IMG/VR virus record: IMGVR_UViG_3300025909_000005
Reading direction: 5' to 3' (one strand)
From: a virus
Taxonomy: Duplodnaviria > Caudoviricetes
Length of the DNA: 64,000 nt
Part shown: piece after piece, positions 62,429-64,000 of the stretch
Layout of the letters: each line of letters starts with the position of its first letter
Position numbering within the stretch: the stretch's first letter is position 1
The notes under the pieces: model-generated
What the model saw: only the letters and a program-made list of their open reading frames with translations
Told to the model about the DNA's origin: nothing
Database searches by the model: none
Made by a program: the position numbers and the translations under genes

Positions 62429-64000
62429 GTACACCTCTTATCTTCAAGACCATCTCAATTCGCAACTTCATGTCCTTCGGCAATGTCGAAAGCACGATCG
62501 AGTTGGATGGTCAAGGCACAGTGACGATCACTGGTGAGAACATGGACAAGGGCGGTTCGAACGGCTCAGGCAAGACGACCATCATCAATGCCCTCTGCTA
62601 CGCGCTCTACAACAAGCCCTTCGACAACATCTCGAAGGAGCGGCTCGTCAACACGACGAACGCGAAGCAGAACACCCTCATGGAAGTTCGTCTCGTCTTT
62701 GAGAAGGACGGCATCGAGTACGAGATCTACCGCGCTCGTGGTGAGGAGTACCGCATCGAGGTTCGCAAGGACGGCGAGGACATCACTCCTGGCAAGGGCG
62801 TCTACGAAACTGATGACATGATCCAAGAGATCATCGGCATCTCGTACGAGCTCTTCACGAAGACAATCATCTTCTCAGGCAACGCACAGCCGTTCCTGCA
62901 GCTTCCGATTCACCAACAGCGGACGCAGATCGAAGAGCTCTTCAACATCACGATGCTCTCTGAGAAGGCGAAGCAGCTCAAGGAGAAGATTCGCGAGACT
63001 GAGGCGAACATCAAGATTGCCGAGGCAGTCGTGAAACAGCAGGAAGTCGCCATCGACCTGCACAAGAAGCACGTGCGAGAAGCACAGCATCGCATCGATC
63101 GTTGGGAAGAGTCTCGTAACGACGAGATTGCCGACATCGAAGCAACCCTTGCCAAGATCGCCACGATTGACTTTGAGGGCGAGCAGGCACTGCACGATGA
63201 GAAGGTCGAGCTTCAGCAGAAGGGCGCGTACCTTGCCGCGAAGCTGGCACCGGCCCGTAAGGACCGAACTATCCTGACAAGTCGCGTCGAAGCTCTCATG
63301 AAGGAGCACGCTCACCTGGCAGACGCGAAGTGCCCGTACTGCTCGCAGCAGTTCGCTGATGCTCCTCACAAGATGATCGGCATCGATGCCGAGCTCGAAG
63401 AGAAGGGTGCGAAGCTGCTTGAAGTAGAGGAGCAGGTTGAGCTGCTTGAGAAGCAGGATGACGTTCGCAAGGAGCGCCTGGCCGAAGTCACGAGCCAGAT
63501 CAAGCACACCGACCTGTCTGAGCTTTCCAAGGCCCGCACGAACTCGTCAGTCCTGCAGACGAAGCTCGAGGAGCTCCGAGTTGCCACGAACCCCCACACC
63601 GAGGCGTATGAGAAGCTGGTCGCTGAGGGCTGCGATGCAGTCGACAACACCAAGGTTGACAAGCTGAAGAAGCGCGCGGATCACCAGTCGTTCCTGCTCA
63701 AGCTCCTGACCGACAAGAGCTCGTTCCTGCGCCGGAAGATCATCAACAAGACGATCCCGTTCCTGAACAACCGTCTCAACCACTACACGAACGCTCTCGG
63801 TCTGCCGCACATCGTGAAGTTCGATGCCGACATGTCCTGCACAGTGGCTGAGTTCGGACGAGAGTTGGACTTCGGTAACCTGTCGGCGGGTGAGAAAAAG
63901 CGCGTGAACACGGCAATGGCCCTGGCCTTTCGAGATGTGCTCCACCACCTGCACGCGAAGACGAACCTGCTGATCATCGATGAATTGGATGGTGCTCTTG
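62425..64000 (+). CDS. gp46: Recombination ATPase (gp46/Rad50/SbcC-like), truncated by window end
   Basis: Manual translation: Walker A GSNGSGKT, Zn hook CPYC, signature LSAGEKKR, Walker B LLIIDELD. Confidence 0.93.
   Translation, partial: MSTPLIFKTISIRNFMSFGNVESTIELDGQGTVTITGENMDKGGSNGSGKTTIINALCYALYNKPFDNISKERLVNTTNAKQNTLMEVRLVFEKDGIEYEIYRARGEEYRIEVRKDGEDITPGKGVYETDDMIQEIIGISYELFTKTIIFSGNAQPFLQLPIHQQRTQIEELFNITMLSEKAKQLKEKIRETEANIKIAEAVVKQQEVAIDLHKKHVREAQHRIDRWEESRNDEIADIEATLAKIATIDFEGEQALHDEKVELQQKGAYLAAKLAPARKDRTILTSRVEALMKEHAHLADAKCPYCSQQFADAPHKMIGIDAELEEKGAKLLEVEEQVELLEKQDDVRKERLAEVTSQIKHTDLSELSKARTNSSVLQTKLEELRVATNPHTEAYEKLVAEGCDAVDNTKVDKLKKRADHQSFLLKLLTDKSSFLRRKIINKTIPFLNNRLNHYTNALGLPHIVKFDADMSCTVAEFGRELDFGNLSAGEKKRVNTAMALAFRDVLHHLHAKTNLLIIDELDGAL

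Noticed and set aside
1-64000. Stop-codon reassignment, introns/inteins, tRNA genes, diversity-generating retroelement
   Set aside because: Core genes translate full-length in the standard code, and TAA, TGA and TAG all end genes. Helicase, gp46/47 and primase have normal sizes. No cloverleaf, reverse transcriptase or TR/VR pair noticed by eye; a tRNAscan run would be needed to exclude tRNAs fully.

Overview
This is a 64-kb segment of a large T4-like (jumbo-type) myophage genome. It uses the standard genetic code, is GC-rich by eye, and the spanins point to a Gram-negative host. The + strand from 1 to 19.4 kb mixes replication genes (clamp-like protein, RNase H, primase, gp41-like helicase, PD-(D/E)xK exonuclease) with putative head-packaged proteins, one of them an RNA-ligase-like nucleotidyltransferase. 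A small + strand early island occupies 20.6-23.1 kb. The - strand from 19.3 to 59.9 kb carries the lysis genes (NlpC/P60, M23+GH108 lysin, spanins), tail fibres/adhesins and the baseplate (PAAR; gp6-, gp25-, gp5-, gp53-like; a 2847-aa wedge-like protein). The window ends with the gp55 late sigma factor, gp47 and a partial gp46. The main unexplained pattern is a dispersed family of genes starting MK[VLI]x[ED]LLE, like the T4 capsid-targeting sequence. Several appear to be polyproteins of 70-110-aa modules separated by repeated VxE|(A/G)LKDL junctions, which resemble prohead-protease sites. They are inserted into late operons by stop/start overlaps, and some have late promoters hidden inside upstream coding sequence. 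All product calls come from visual motif recognition; no database searches were run.
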